From: Malacoraja senta
Lineage: Eukaryota
Direction of reading: 5' to 3'
Length of the DNA stretch: 64,000 nt
NCBI GenBank assembly: GCA_038087875.1
Contig: CM075977.1
Location: forward strand, 236,282,001 to 236,346,000
Shown one piece after another: positions 49,319-61,589 of the stretch. The position numbers and the translations under genes are program-made. Numbering within the stretch: position 1 is the stretch's first letter; every line of letters starts with the position of its first letter. The notes beneath the pieces were generated by a model. The model made no database searches. It was not told where the DNA came from and worked only from the letters and a program-made list of their open reading frames with translations.

Positions 49319-50281
49319 CTAGTTTAAAGTCTCCCCAGTAGCCTTTGCAAATCTCCCCGCCAGGATATTGGTACCCCTCGGGTTTAAGTGCAACCCATCC
49401 TTTTTGTACAGGTCGCACCTTCCACAAAAGAGGTCCCAATGATCCAGAAATTTGAATCCCTGCCCTCTGCACCAGTCCTTCAGCCACGCATTTATCCTCC
49501 ACCTCGCTCCATTCCTACTCTCACTGTCGCGTGGCACAGGCAGTAATCCCGAGATTGTTACCTTTGCTGTCCTTCTCCTTAACTCCCCTCCTAACTCCCT
49601 AAATTCTCCTTTCAGGACCTCTTCTCTTTTTCTACCTATGTCATTGGTACCTATATGTACCACGACCTCGGGCTCCTCTCCCTCCCCTTTCAGGATATCT
49701 TGGACACGTTGAGACACATCACAGACCCTGGCACCAGGGAGGCAAACTACCATCCGGGTCTCCCGACTGCGTCCACAGAATCGCCTGTCTGACCCCCTAA
49801 CTATAGAGTCCCCTATTACTAATGCCCTCCTCTTCTTTTCCTTAACCTTCTGAGCAACAGGACCGCTCTCTGTACCGGAGGCCCGGCCGCTGTCGCTACC
49901 CCCAGGTAGGCTGTCCCCCCCAACAGTACTCAAACAGGAGTACTTATTGTCAAGGTGTACAGCCACCTGGGTACTCTCTAGTCCCTGCCTGTGCCCCTTG
50001 CCTCTCCCAACCGTCACCCACTTGCCTGCCTCCTGTGGTCTTGGAGTGACCACCTCCCTGTAACTCCTCTCAATGACTTCCTCGCTTTCCCTGACCAGAT
50101 GGAGGTCATCGAGCTGCTGCTCCAGGTAGCTAATACGGTCCCTTAGGAGCCCCATCTCGATGCACCTGGCGCAGATGTGGACGTCTGTAAGGCTGTCAGA
50201 TTCCTTGATCTCCCACATCTGACATCCAGAACAACAAACTGCCCTGGCCCTCATACTCCCCTTACCTAGGATACAATACAA
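49319..50281 (-). CDS. CR1 ORF1p: CxxC-CxxC zinc finger, coiled coil, SGNH esterase
   Basis: CSGC...CARC; LVIGDSIVR, CLPGA, HIGTND, DGLHLN. Confidence 0.9.
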   Translation of the reverse strand: MYCILGKGSMRARAVCCSGCQMWEIKESDSLTDVHICARCIEMGLLRDRISYLEQQLDDLHLVRESEEVIERSYREVVTPRPQEAGKWVTVGRGKGHRQGLESTQVAVHLDNKYSCLSTVGGDSLPGGSDSGRASGTESGPVAQKVKEKKRRALVIGDSIVRGSDRRFCGRSRETRMVVCLPGARVCDVSQRVQDILKGEGEEPEVVVHIGTNDIGRKREEVLKGEFRELGGELRRRTAKVTISGLLPVPRDSESRNGARWRINAWLKDWCRGQGFKFLDHWDLFCGRCDLYKKDGLHLNPRGTNILAGRFAKATGETLN

Positions 50282-50774
50282 AACAAACTGCTACAATACA
50301 GTACAATCAGCAGGGATCTGACTCCCAATCAGCTGCTCCCTCTTTTCTGCTTCCACCAATCAGTGGCTTCCTTAAGCCCACTTGTTTTTGAAGTGTGAGT
50401 GGAACTAGGAACGTTGAGAATTTTGACTCCTCCTCCCTCTGCGACCGCTCCAACGGCTCTCAGGACTCTGTAAGGTACAAGCCCCGCGCTCCACTTTATG
50501 TCCTACCGCTCGGGTGTAGCTCCTCCCTCTGCGACCGCTCCAACGGCTCTCGGCTCTCGGTCGATGTTTAACAATTAAAAGACGGTAACCCATTGGTGCC
50601 AGGTGTCTCTTCCTGTGACAAGAGTATTGTATCTAATATGCACATTTATCACTCTGCTCATTTCTGTGGTGGTGCTGTGTTAGACATAATTACATTCATT
50701 TTGTTTTCAACATTGGCATCACCATTATCATGATATCATTATCAGGAGTCATGGCTAAGGTATATGAATCAGCA

Positions 50775-53700
50775 TTAGACAGAGGTAAGTTGCCAGGTGG
50801 CGAAGGTTATGCCTCTATTTAAGGCCTACAAAGAAAAAACTGGCAAATATAGACCAGTTAAAGGGCTGTCTCACTGTGCGAGTTGACCCACGAGTGACCC
50901 CGAGTTTAAAACAAATTTAACTCGTGGTAATCACGTACAATTAACGTAGCGGAAACGTCTGAACTCGTGGACGCAACTTGGCAACTCTTGGTGCTAACGG
51001 GAGGTACACGTGAAACTTGTTAACTCTTGCAAAAGTTCAAACATGTTTGTACTTTTCCACGAGTAAAATGTACTCTTGTGGTTAAAATTTGAAACATTTT
51101 AAACTCGTTGTAAGAACGTAGTGGCCGTGCGTTTAACTTTGTGACTCGTGATTCTACCGTGGGAACTCTTTTTAGAAACAATAATCAGGGACAGAAATAT
51201 CAGTTACTTAGACTTTTTAAAGACAAATTCTGCTTAACAAAGTTAAGCAAGTTATTGATAAGGTGACAGAGTGGGTTGAAAAGAAAAAATTGCTTGAAGT
51301 TTATATATAAATTTGTGTTGTGTTGTGTTGTGTTGAAAAGCTTTTTGCTGATCCGTTTGATTCTCACTGTTTGTTTACTTCATTGCACAATAAAAGGGAG
51401 TTCTTTGCTATCAAGATCAAATTGATGTCTGGAAGTCTTCATTTTAATATCACTACAAAGTCTCATGAATTGAATGTAATATTCCTTTCATCATAAAACA
51501 CAAAATAGAGGAAGGCAAAATATATTCACATCTTGATTCTCACAATCATTTGTGAGATTTAAGGACAGCTGCCTCATATGCTGTGCTTTTTAAATGTTTA
51601 AAATTGTCACCTCTCAGTAGATCAGAAAATAAGACAAAGTCTTATGTGAAACAAATGTCTTGAATGTGAAACAAAGTCTTTATTCTTGTTCAATATAAAA
51701 AACGCGTTTTTGCGCATATTGAGAAAAGTAGCACTACAGCAAACACCACTGTCTGAAAAGGGCTTCTCATACATGAAAATCAACAAATGAAGCACAAATA
51801 AAAGTATTTCCACTATATACTAATTCAGCTGAGAAATGCACTAGTCTAAATTCAGGCAATAAAAGATACAATGCAATGCGCTAAATTACAAGTTTTGAGA
51901 TCTACAATCAGATAAGCAGATGCATGATAACCACGTTTTAAAGGAAAGACAGATGCAATGAAATTACTTTTACACCACAATAAAAAATAAAATCCACACT
52001 TAAAGTTAACCAATGAAAAGTCAGCAGGATTTAAACTAAACATGAAATTAACTGGATTTTTCTGCATGTGGGCTCTCCTCATGCAGTGATGTACCTGTGG
52101 TCGGCAGCCGCTCAAAATAAGCTGTCCTGCCACGGCACACTGCCCAATTCTGAATTATAGTAGGAGCAGAGATGGTCTCTCTGCTCTTTTGCACTGTTGG
52201 TCCCCGTGTCACCTCGAAAACACTGCAGTGGCACCAAAGTCTCGTCGTTTGTACCACTCCTCCACGCACCTAGTGTTATTCTCCCTGTTTGACTGTCCAC
52301 TAAGTCACCGTCCTGCATGGCTGTTGCTGATCCTGAAGCTGCACCTCTCATACGGATCAGGTTGTGCAGAACACATGCAGCAAACACAATAGTCTCTACG
52401 TTCTTTGGCTGGCATGACATCATTTTTTTTAACATGTGATGATTTTTCAACACGTCGGTATACATTGTTGCCTCAAGATTAACGGGAGAGGAACTTGGTA
52501 GACTCGGGAGACGAACTTGGAACATCGCAGAAATGAGAAGTAAATGGCAAACTTAGACATAACCGTGGGAACTCGGTTAAACTCTGGATCATAAACTTGT
52601 AGTCTCGTACGCAACCACGAGTCTTTCACTCGGGGTCACTCGTGGGTCAACTCGCACAGTGAGACAGACCTTTAAGCCTAACATCTATGGAAGAAAACTT
52701 ATTGGAGAGGATTCGGAGGTAAGATATACATGCGTTTGGAAAGACCGAAGTTAATTTGGGATAGTCAGCATAATTTGTGATTGTGCATTGGAAATTGTGT
52801 TTCCCAAATTTGATTGATTTTTTTGACAAAGCAACCAAGAAAGTTAATGAGGACATGGCTGTAGACTCAATCTCTGTGTGCTTCAGTAAAACCTTTGATA
52901 AAGCTCTGCATGGTAGTCTGCTCTGGAAAGCTAGATCACAGGAGATCAATGGAAAGTTGGCTAACTGGATACAGCATTGGTTTCTTGGTTGGAAGTAGTG
53001 TCGTGGTGGTGGAAGGTTGTTTTTTGGAATGGAGACCTGTGATTAGTGGTGTACCTCAGAGATTGGTGGTGGACCCATTGCTGTTTATCATCTATATCAA
53101 CGTTAAGATGAGAATTCAGAGGGCATGATTAATAGGTTTACAAATGACTGAAATGGGTGTTATCATATATATGGTTATCAACGATTACAGCGGGATCTTG
53201 ATCAGCTGGGTAAGTGGGTTGAGAAATGGTTAATGGAGTTTAATTCAGATAAGTGTGTGGTGCTTGGGAAGTCAATCTAGGGGGAGGACCTTCACAGTGA
53301 ATGGCAGGGCCCTGGAGAGTGCTGTACAGCAGAGAGATCAACAAAGTTCCCTGAATGTGGCGTCATAGATACGGTATTAAAGAATACTTTTGGGCACACT
53401 GCCCTTTGTCAGTAAGGGAAATTAATTTAGAAGTTGCTATGTATGTTACAGTTGTACAAGACATTGGTGAGGCCACACTTTGAGTACTGTATTCAGTTTT
53501 GTTCACCCTGCTATTGGATAGATGTCGTTGAGCTGGAAAGAGTGCAGATAAGTTTTATGAGCATGATACCAGCAACTGCCTGAGTTATAGGGAGTGATCT
53601 GGTAGGCTGGGCTGTATTTATTTGAGTGAAGGAGGCTGAGGATGATATTGTAGAGGTGTATTAAATCATCAAGGACAGATAAGGTTAATGGAAAGGGGAA

Positions 53701-53975
53701 TCAAGAAGTAGAGGGCATAGGCTTAAGGTGCGTTGATTTTATAGGACCCTGAGAGTCAACATATTCATACAGAGGGTAGTGGGTATATGGAACGAGCTGC
53801 CAGAGGAAATAGTTGGGTCAGGTAACGCCAGTTAAAAATACATGTGGACGGATACGTAGATAGGAAAGGTTTAGAGAGATATGGGCCAAGCGTGACAAAT
53901 GGGACTAGCTTGGATGGGATATCTTGTTCAGCCTGGACAAGTTGGGCTGAGAGGTCTGTTTCCATGCTGTATGAC
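50775..53975 (+). mobile_element. Decayed CR1 (RT to 3' end) interrupted by a DNA transposon
   Basis: ..GKYRPV|SLTS.. reading continues across the insertion; GVPQ, RPHFEYCIQF, 3' UTR. Confidence 0.85.
50862..52671 (-). mobile_element. PIF/Harbinger-type deletion derivative with 44-bp TIRs
   Basis: TIRs 50862-50905 / 52628-52671 (1 mismatch); ACTCGTG subterminal repeats; ORF 52112-52525 IVFAACVLHN...AKEQRDHL..Y..S..GSVPWQ (DDE_Tnp_4-type C-terminus); TTAA on both flanks. Confidence 0.85.
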
Positions 53976-54343
53976 GCAAAGCTTCCCAAAAAACCCTCAC
54001 CAATTTCTACAAATACGACATAGAAAACATCTTATTGGGATGCATCACAGCTTGGTTTGGGAACAGCTCCATCCAAGACTGCAAGAAATTGTACAGTTGT
54101 GGTCATAGACCAGACTAACACACAAATTCCATCTACACTTCATGCTGCCTCGGCAAAGTTGTCAGTATAATCAAGGACCAGTCTCACCCAGGTCACTTTC
54201 TCTTCTCCCCTCTGCCATCATACAAGAGGTATAGAAATTTGAAAACGCACATCTGCAGATTTAGGAACCATTTCTTTCCATCTGTTATCAGGCACAGGAC
54301 AGTCCCCTCATTGGCTAGATTGCAGTCCTCCCCTCCCATCGAC

Positions 54344-54484
54344 TTCTTCTTCTTGCGTATGGCGTGCATAGCCTAAAGTTGTAGGACAACTTGTTCTATT
54401 TGATCTTATTTGATTGTGCACACCAGGTTGATTGCATTCGTCGAAACAGGGCGGACCACGTGAAGGTTGCAATCTCCTTACCCA
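54344..54484 (-). mobile_element. ~140-bp Vingi/Ingi-type non-autonomous element with 5' HDV-like ribozyme fold
   Basis: Tail ATACGCAAGAAGAAGAAG; direct repeat CCTCCCATCGAC (54332-54343 / 54485-54496); pseudoknot described in findings. Confidence 0.75.
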
Positions 54485-54490
54485 CCTCCC
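54430..54490 (-). ncRNA. Minimal HDV-like self-cleaving ribozyme motif (P1 degenerate in this copy)
   Basis: P2 GATTGCA/TGCAATC, P3 ACC/GGT, L3 TTCACGT, P1' CCGCCCT, J4/2 CGAA. Confidence 0.65.
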
Positions 54491-55107
54491 ATCGACCATT
54501 GAAGGCCTTTAAACTTTGTTCAATCGGACTTTATTCTACTTCATTGATCTTTGTGCTAAATTCTTGTAACGTTTATCCTTTTTCAGTGCACTGTGGATGG
54601 CTTGATTATATTCATGTATAGTCTTTTCTTGATCGGATAGCACACAAACAAAATATTTTCACTGTACCTTGGTACATATGACAATAATAAACTAAATTAT
54701 GGCTCTATAATCTGAACCATCTTTATTATCCCCTTCCTCCAGTGTTTCCTCTTACTACTCTTATTTCTGTTTTTTATCTAACTTGGTATCCTCTCCTGGG
54801 GAGGGGAGACATAGGTGGTCTATCTTGTTACCTACCCGAAGCTGAAGATAATTGCATGTGTAAGCTGCTGTCAAAACACTTTTGTAGGAACATAGTTAAA
54901 CAGTCTACTTAATAATAAGGCATTGAAGGAAATTTAATAATCCTAAAGAAACTTTGGTCATGGATAAACCCGACTAATTGCAAATATACCTGCTCTTGAG
55001 ATAATTTGATGCACATTGACCCTTTTCCCAAAGGAAGATTTCCTCATTTGGAGAGGGAAATGATACTCAAAAAGGGACCCATTCTGTATGGGAGGACTCC
55101 TGCATTG

Positions 55108-56275
55108 CAGTGATGTGCGGTGAGGTCAATGGCTGGGGAGGCACTGGCTAGTATCAGTGGCCCGGCCCTCCCTGTATTGATCACCGCATCTCCCCGAGGG
55201 GAGAGAGGGGTGGAGCNNNNNNNNNNNNNNNNNNNNNNNNNNNNNNNNNNNNNNNNNNNNNNNNNNNNNNNNNNNNNNNNNNNNNNNNNNNNNNNNNNNN
55301 NNNNNNNNNNNNNNNNNNNNNNNNNNNNNNNNNNNNNNNNNNNNNNNNNNNNNNNNNNNNGGGGGAAAGAGAGAGAAGGGAGAAAGAGAGAGAAGGGGGG
55401 GAGAGAGAGAGAACGGGGGGAGAGAGAGAGAAGGGGGGAGAGAGAGAGAAGGGGGGAAGAGAGAGAGAAGAGGGAGAGTGAAGGGGGAGAGAGAAGCGAG
55501 AGAGAGAGAGAGAAGGGAGAGAGGAACAATGGCACGTTATAACCCGCAGCCGTCCCATTCTGACCACCGCCAAACCCCCCACCACACCATTGCACCCTTC
55601 TTCACGGCGGCCCAGTGATGTCTCGGCTTTGACAATTCGAGGGATCTAACCGGTAACAACACTAAGAGCAGTCCCGGTCCGCCGCGCTCCCCGACTGCTT
55701 AAGCTAGTTAACGTGGAGGGAGAGTGAGGCAGCGTCAATTACGTGGGCTGAGCCTATGCAATTGACGCTCACTCTTCCTCCACTGGGCTCAAGACATGCC
55801 CCCTTGTGAGGCAGACGTGATCGCTGCCTCCCCTGTTGCAGTTTTATGTGAGACCAGCGAGCACAAATTTAATATCTTAATACGTGAAATAAGTTACCTG
55901 GACTATGGAAGGTAAGGACATGTAATGACGGAATCTACAAATATTACATTGGTGACATACAGAGAGATAGTAACAGGCACACGCTTATTGCCCGCGCTCC
56001 ATGCAATTTCTGAGGGGTTGCACAATCAGAGGGGAGGCTCAGCTCGCCGCTGCCTCACCTCTCATCTCTCCCTGTATTTGCAGCGGAGCTGCGAAAATTT
56101 GGCGATTTTGACTATAAAAAAAGATTAGATTCATGGAGAAATTACATTTATAACAGATCAGTGGAAAAATCATTATATTTATTTTATTTTATTATTTTTC
56201 TTTACTTTCCTTAACAGCTATTTTCATTGGGAGTATGACAGGTGAGGCTCTGCCTCCCCTGACCGCACGTCCCTG
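55108..56275. mobile_element. hAT-like non-autonomous DNA transposon containing a GA-rich tract and gap
   Basis: TIRs CAGTGATGTGCGGT / ACCGCACGTCCCTG; degenerate 8-bp TSD CTGCATTG / TCGCATTG. Confidence 0.7.
55217..55360. other. Assembly gap (144 N) adjoining a GA-rich simple repeat (55361-55525)
   Basis: Run of N. Confidence 1.
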
Positions 56276-56659
56276 TCGCATTGTTGTCTTTGCTTGAAGA
56301 TGAATGTCAATGAGCAATGAGTAGCATTTTGTACATGTTCCTTTGGGACCTTGACTTCCTGTGTACAAGGGTAGAATATCAATGCTGAACTTTGGAGGTA
56401 TTCCTTTGGGTGTGGATGGAGTAACAGTTGTATGTGTGTATGTCAGCCAGCAATGAAGTGCTGTCTTTATTTTAGGCTGCTGCTCACTTAGAGATATGTC
56501 GTAATGTCATGAAGTTTCTTCAGGCATTAGCAGATACATGAGATTCTCACCTGGCAGATATTATCTTTGTCATGCTATTCTAATAGTGGCTTTCTGGACC
56601 ACTTGCTCATATCCCTGTCAATCCTCAGGACATATCCCTGTCAATCCTAAATGTCATTG

Positions 56660-57485
56660 GGTGGCGCCGCAAGCTGCAGCCTCGCCAGCAGTGGGTCTGT
56701 CATTTCAACTTTTTTTGCTTTTTTAGTATGTCTAAATGTATGTGTTAATGTCTCTCAGTATGTTTTTATGTGGGGGGGGGGGGGGGGTGGGGAATAGGAG
56801 GAAACCGTTTTCAGTAACTTACCTCAGTGGAGATGCGACTTTTCTCCTAGTCGCATTTTAGCCCTCCTTCGCGTCATAACAACTTGGATTGGTGCGGCCT
56901 TTCCCGGAGACGGCCCAGAGTTTCAGCAGCAGGCACGGCGCAGACTTACATCGCGGAGCCAGAAGAAAGGCTCCGACCACCGGCCTGCTGACTTTAACCG
57001 TGAAGCCTAGGGCTGCGGAGCTTCTAGCAGCAGGTGTGGAGCGGACTTTACCATCCCGGAGTCAGCATTCCCTTGCCGGGGATCGCTGGAGAAGAGCTCC
57101 GACCGCTGGCCTGTCTGCGGCCTTTAACATCGAGAAGCCGCGGTCTCCGGTAAGAAAGTGGCCGTTTCGGGCACTCCAAGCCGTGGAGTGTGTTCCATCT
57201 GTCCCGACGTCGGAGTTTCGATCATCCCGATGAGAGGGTCTGTACATCGGGCCGTCCGTACCGGCGACTGCGGAGGGTCAAGGCCCCAAACATGGGTGAA
57301 CAAAAGGAGGAAGACTGACTGAACTTTATTGCCTTCCATCACAGTGATCACTGTGGTGGATGTTTATGTTAAGTTCTATCGTTCTTTTAATTGTGTTGTG
57401 TTCTTTTAATTGTATGGCCGCATGGTAACTAAAATATCACTGTACCTAATGGTACATGTGACAATAAATGTGAATCTGAATCTGA
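56660..57485 (+). mobile_element. GC-rich SINE-like element with Rex1-type tail (relative of 32571-33430)
   Basis: Same layout: GTGGCGCC head, G-run, GGAGATGCGACTTTT, GAACAAA, TCCATCACAGTGA/TCACTGTGGTGGA, TGTACC-TAAT-GGTACA, TGACAATAAA, (TGAATC)n. Confidence 0.75.
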
Positions 57486-59094
57486 CATCCTACCTGATCT
57501 CCATCAAATGCACCAGCACTCTAGCACCATGAATCATTGGAACTCTGTCTCTTTTGTGACGTCCCTCACCTCAATAATACTTACTGTGTGAGTTGTAGGT
57601 GTCTGCTGCGATGGGCAGTATATGTTTAAAATTTGCTGTTCTTCAGTGACCTTGACATGCTTATAATATGAAGGAAAAAGTTTGCATTTGCACTAACAAA
57701 TCAGTCATTTTGGGAATTGGGCAGATCCAACTTGTTTCTGGAGGCAATCGTCTTTTTAAAATCAACATTTTAGTCATTTTTTCAAGGGCCCTAATTCAGC
57801 AGTGACTTAAGCCACCAAGACAAAGTTTAATTTCCAAGCTTGCATCTCTTTAACAAGTCACTGAGGAATCTTAGCTGAAGCATGTCGAATCAAGTCTAAA
57901 AGTACTAAATTGGGTACTTAATTCTACATAAATAATATTCTACTCATGATTTTAAGGAGAAGGGAAAAAATTTAGAATGATATAAAGAATCAAAACAAAA
58001 ACCTCTTAATTTTAAAATATTCCTAACGATTAGATTTTGATGGAATGAGATGAAAAATCTTGCTAAATTATATTTTCATTGCAGGAAGGTTGTTTGGCGA
58101 TAATTATGAACTCCCACACTGCTAAGAATTCACTTACACTTGAGTAAACTAACTCTAATCTTTTATAGCACATTTAAGGATATCTATTGGTTAATTATCT
58201 CAATATTATTCCCGTGACAATTTTTATGCCCGATTTCAGTGGTGCTGCAAAGTTTATGATGGAGTAAAATCAGACAGCAACCTCCAGTGTTCAGAATTTC
58301 TTGTCCATATTGCTCGATAATAAGAATGCTAATCGCCCCAGCATTATTTCTATTATAAAAATGAGCACTCTATTTGCTAGAAATTGCTAGAATGTTGACA
58401 AAATAATAGCACAGTATTGGGTGAAGTGCCATAACTAGTGAACTACGCACCAGTGATTTATCTCCTCCTCCAACCATAAGGCTTATGAACACTGAATGTG
58501 CATGCCATAAATGAAAGTGTAGCCTTGAGAATGAGTGGCTTAAAACTTCCAAAGTTACCTTCAATTAATTTTAAAATCTTACAAATATTGAAAATCACAT
58601 TTAAACTTCTTAAAAACACAAACTATTACAAAGTTATACGTTTTTCGAATACACTTCTCTGGAAAAATGTCAAAGAAAGACAAGGTATGCTGATTTTCCA
58701 GAACTGATTAAGTGATGAAATTTAGTGTACTAAATACATAATTTGGTAAAAGTATGCTCCAAAAATGCTTGGACATGGAATGCAGGAACTACAGCAAACA
58801 TTTAGTTTGTATGTGGTGTCCACTTAAGGGGTTCCTGTATAACATGATATAATGCTTTCCAGCACCATGAAATTAAAACAAATCAGAATTCACAAAGGCA
58901 TGGGCATTAGCATTCTAGATCTTCTAGAAAGGCATGGGCATTCTGGATCTTCAGATTTGCTTCATGGGAGAATGTGCTACAGGGCAACAACTTAAGCAAC
59001 TTAAAATCAAGTTTAATCAAAGTCGGGCCCAAATGCAGACCAGTTCATCGTGCAAACTAGTGTTTCTCTCTTCTTCCCCCCCCCCCCCCCCCAT

Positions 59095-59450
59095 TCCATC
59101 CATACTTCAGGCTGCCTTGGCAAAGCAGCCAATATAATCAAGGACCACTTGGACTTCTCGCTCCTGTAGGGCAGAGCTTTAAAGCACATACCACCAGATT
59201 CAAGAATGCCTTTTACCCTGCTGTTCTTCAGATTCTTCCCATATTATAAAGATGAATTCCTGACCTTCCAATCTACCACCCTTGTCATTTTTTATACGTG
59301 CACTTTCTCTGTAGTTGGAACACTGTATTCTGCACTCTGTTTATTGTCTCTTTTGCACTGCCTGATGAATGGTCTGATTTGCCTGAATAGCACACAAAAC
59401 AACGTTTTTCATTGTTTTGTTGTACATATGACAATAATAAACAAAGCTAA
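59095..59450 (+). mobile_element. Decayed Rex1/Babar 3' end
   Basis: CLGKAANIIKDH...TTRFKN; GTACATATGACAATAATAAAC. Confidence 0.7.
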
Positions 59451-59479
59451 AACATATCTGCGATTCCAATGAAACATCA

Positions 59480-60350
59480 TCATTTTAGATCACCTCTCAT
59501 GTTCCTTTATTCAGAGGACACCCTGACATTTTGGTCTTTCTGTGCAACAATAGCCTTTCCATTCAAGTTTTTATGATTTTTTTCTTAACCAGTCTCTCAA
59601 ATGCCTCCATGTAGTTTTGGAGCGTAGAAATATACAATGTTCCAAATGTGATCTATTTGCGACTTTCTTCCAAGTTACAATTCATTTTCTCAAGAAAATA
59701 AGCAAATTGCTTTGCTTGCTTATTTCTGGTTTTGTTAATTTTGTTAGTTCTAAAACCTCATGTGGATTTTTAATTTCCAAAAAGGATATGATCTATCCTC
59801 CTACTGGTGTGCAACTTCACACAGTTGACTGCACTGAAATTCAATTTCCATTTACAAGCCTATTTAGCAATTTTATTAAATTCTTGTTATTTATTGCGGT
59901 TCTCTTCAGTATGAACAATATCGTTGCATTCTCTATTAACTACAAGCACCATTTGAAATTGTACTGCAATTCTCTTGAGTACTAAGATTGTTTTTTGGGC
60001 AGTCTATAGAAATGAAAATGGCAACATTTTAGATCGGAATAGTTAGTCGTGCTCTCATAATTGTTTGGTTTATTCAATCAATCCATTGAAATAATGACAT
60101 ATTACATTTCTCAATCTGGTCAGTGAGTGATAATTTAGTTTTGCTAACTGGGTGACTCTAATATCTTGACCTTACAAGTTAACAGAATTATTCTGAACAT
60201 TTTCATCCATTTTTTAATTCAGTGTATGAAATTTCTAATGATCACCCTATTCCATCAAAACATGCTTGAATTTGTTTAGTGAATTATTATTTTAAAATTG
60301 CCTTTGGTGTTTTTACTTTAAAGCATCTGATCTCTTGTGAAAATGTGGAA
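59480..60350 (-). mobile_element. Ancient CR1 RT remnant
   Basis: Reverse RSHLEHCIFL.S (for RPHLEYCVQFWS) and scattered RT similarity. Confidence 0.4.
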
Positions 60351-61589
60351 ATGAATTTGGAATTTTATTAGCTGAATTCTGTTGAACACTTGTTTTAGAC
60401 CTGAGCAATTTCTGTCACTGCTTGCTATTTTTGGAAGTAGAGGCAAAGGTCATATCTTTAAAAAGATGGGCTCATGAAATAGCCTATATGCTATTTAGAG
60501 TATGAAAGTGTAATTGGGGGTGGGAGGAGATCTATAGATTTCACATCTTTGGGTATCCTATAAATTGTAATCACATTAAATTGACAGACTGGCACAGTGT
60601 CTTTCCTCAAAATAATTTGTTAGTATATCAAAATGAATCTTTCAAATGTTGGTCTCTTAATTATCATCTGTTTATCCAATGTGTTGTGTTGACTGTTGGA
60701 GTAATCTCTAATTATTGTTTGTTTATCTCTTCTCTTTTGATAATTAGAAAATATAAACATACTAATTTCTAGCAGCTGTTAGACTTTAATTGGATTTCTC
60801 AAATTAAAACCAAATGAGTTTTATTATAGTGGCATTTGTTATTACCTGTATTTTAGTGATGGCAAATAGAATGTATAAAGAAAATGTCATTGGGAGGGAA
60901 TGCAATCAAGCATGCAAATACAATATCCAGCACTTGCATGGTTGCCTTGACTACAGATAGACATGGGATCTTTTTGTTCCAAGGCTTTTAAATCCATATT
61001 CTAAATATCCCTCTTGTTACTGTGACACTTGGGATTAATTCTTAAACCACTGTTTACATGCAATCCCCACTTTGCCCACTACCCAACGCTTTATTTTTCC
61101 CCATCCTTAAGTTTTATATCCCTTCTGCTGGGTGACACTGACAAACCTGGGATGCTCATCCGTGTACTCTAAAATTCTAGGAAGCCTCGGCTAGATGTTC
61201 TAAACCCCCGCATCATTGTGGGCAGCCAGGAGAACACCTGCATAATTTCTACTCTTAAATAGACATTTAGTGCCATTTACTTGTTTTCTGTCTTCTCAAT
61301 TGAGAAATAAATAAATAAGGAAAAGTGCATAAATTACATTCGCACAGTTTTCACAGAATAATGAACAATTGTGGAATTATAATCCTGGACTAAATGAAAA
61401 TAGCAATATATCAATACCAATATAAATTGAATTTTATTTAGTAATTATAAATCAATGACCTTGATTTTATTTTCACCTTTGCACCATTGGAATATCTTAT
61501 ATTTCTTAACAAAATAGGATACTATCAAATAAGTCAGCTTTCAAAGCAATTATTTGTCCTGATAATCTATTTGTCACGCATGCCCATAA

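Larger units (their letters stand above)
46122..50590 (-). mobile_element. Near-full-length CR1 LINE
   Basis: 5' UTR, intact ORF1, APE+RT ORF2 with one frameshift (~48700) and one stop (~47200), 3' tail. Confidence 0.95.
53985..54697 (+). mobile_element. Rex1/Babar 3' fragment with nested short element
   Basis: GCITAWFGNSS...PLPS.KRYR; tail TGTACCTTGGTACATATGACAATAA. Confidence 0.8.

Noticed and set aside
46105-50588. ACAAATTAAAGGAGCGGT / ACAATTAAAAGACGGT as CR1 TSD
   Set aside because: Two indels and a mismatch are too many for so young an element.
52112-52525. Domesticated HARBI1/ALP1-like gene
   Set aside because: Only the C-terminus is present, catalytic region deleted, still flanked by TIRs.
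55044-55595. ORFs spanning N runs and GA repeats
   Set aside because: Artefacts of the gap and low complexity.
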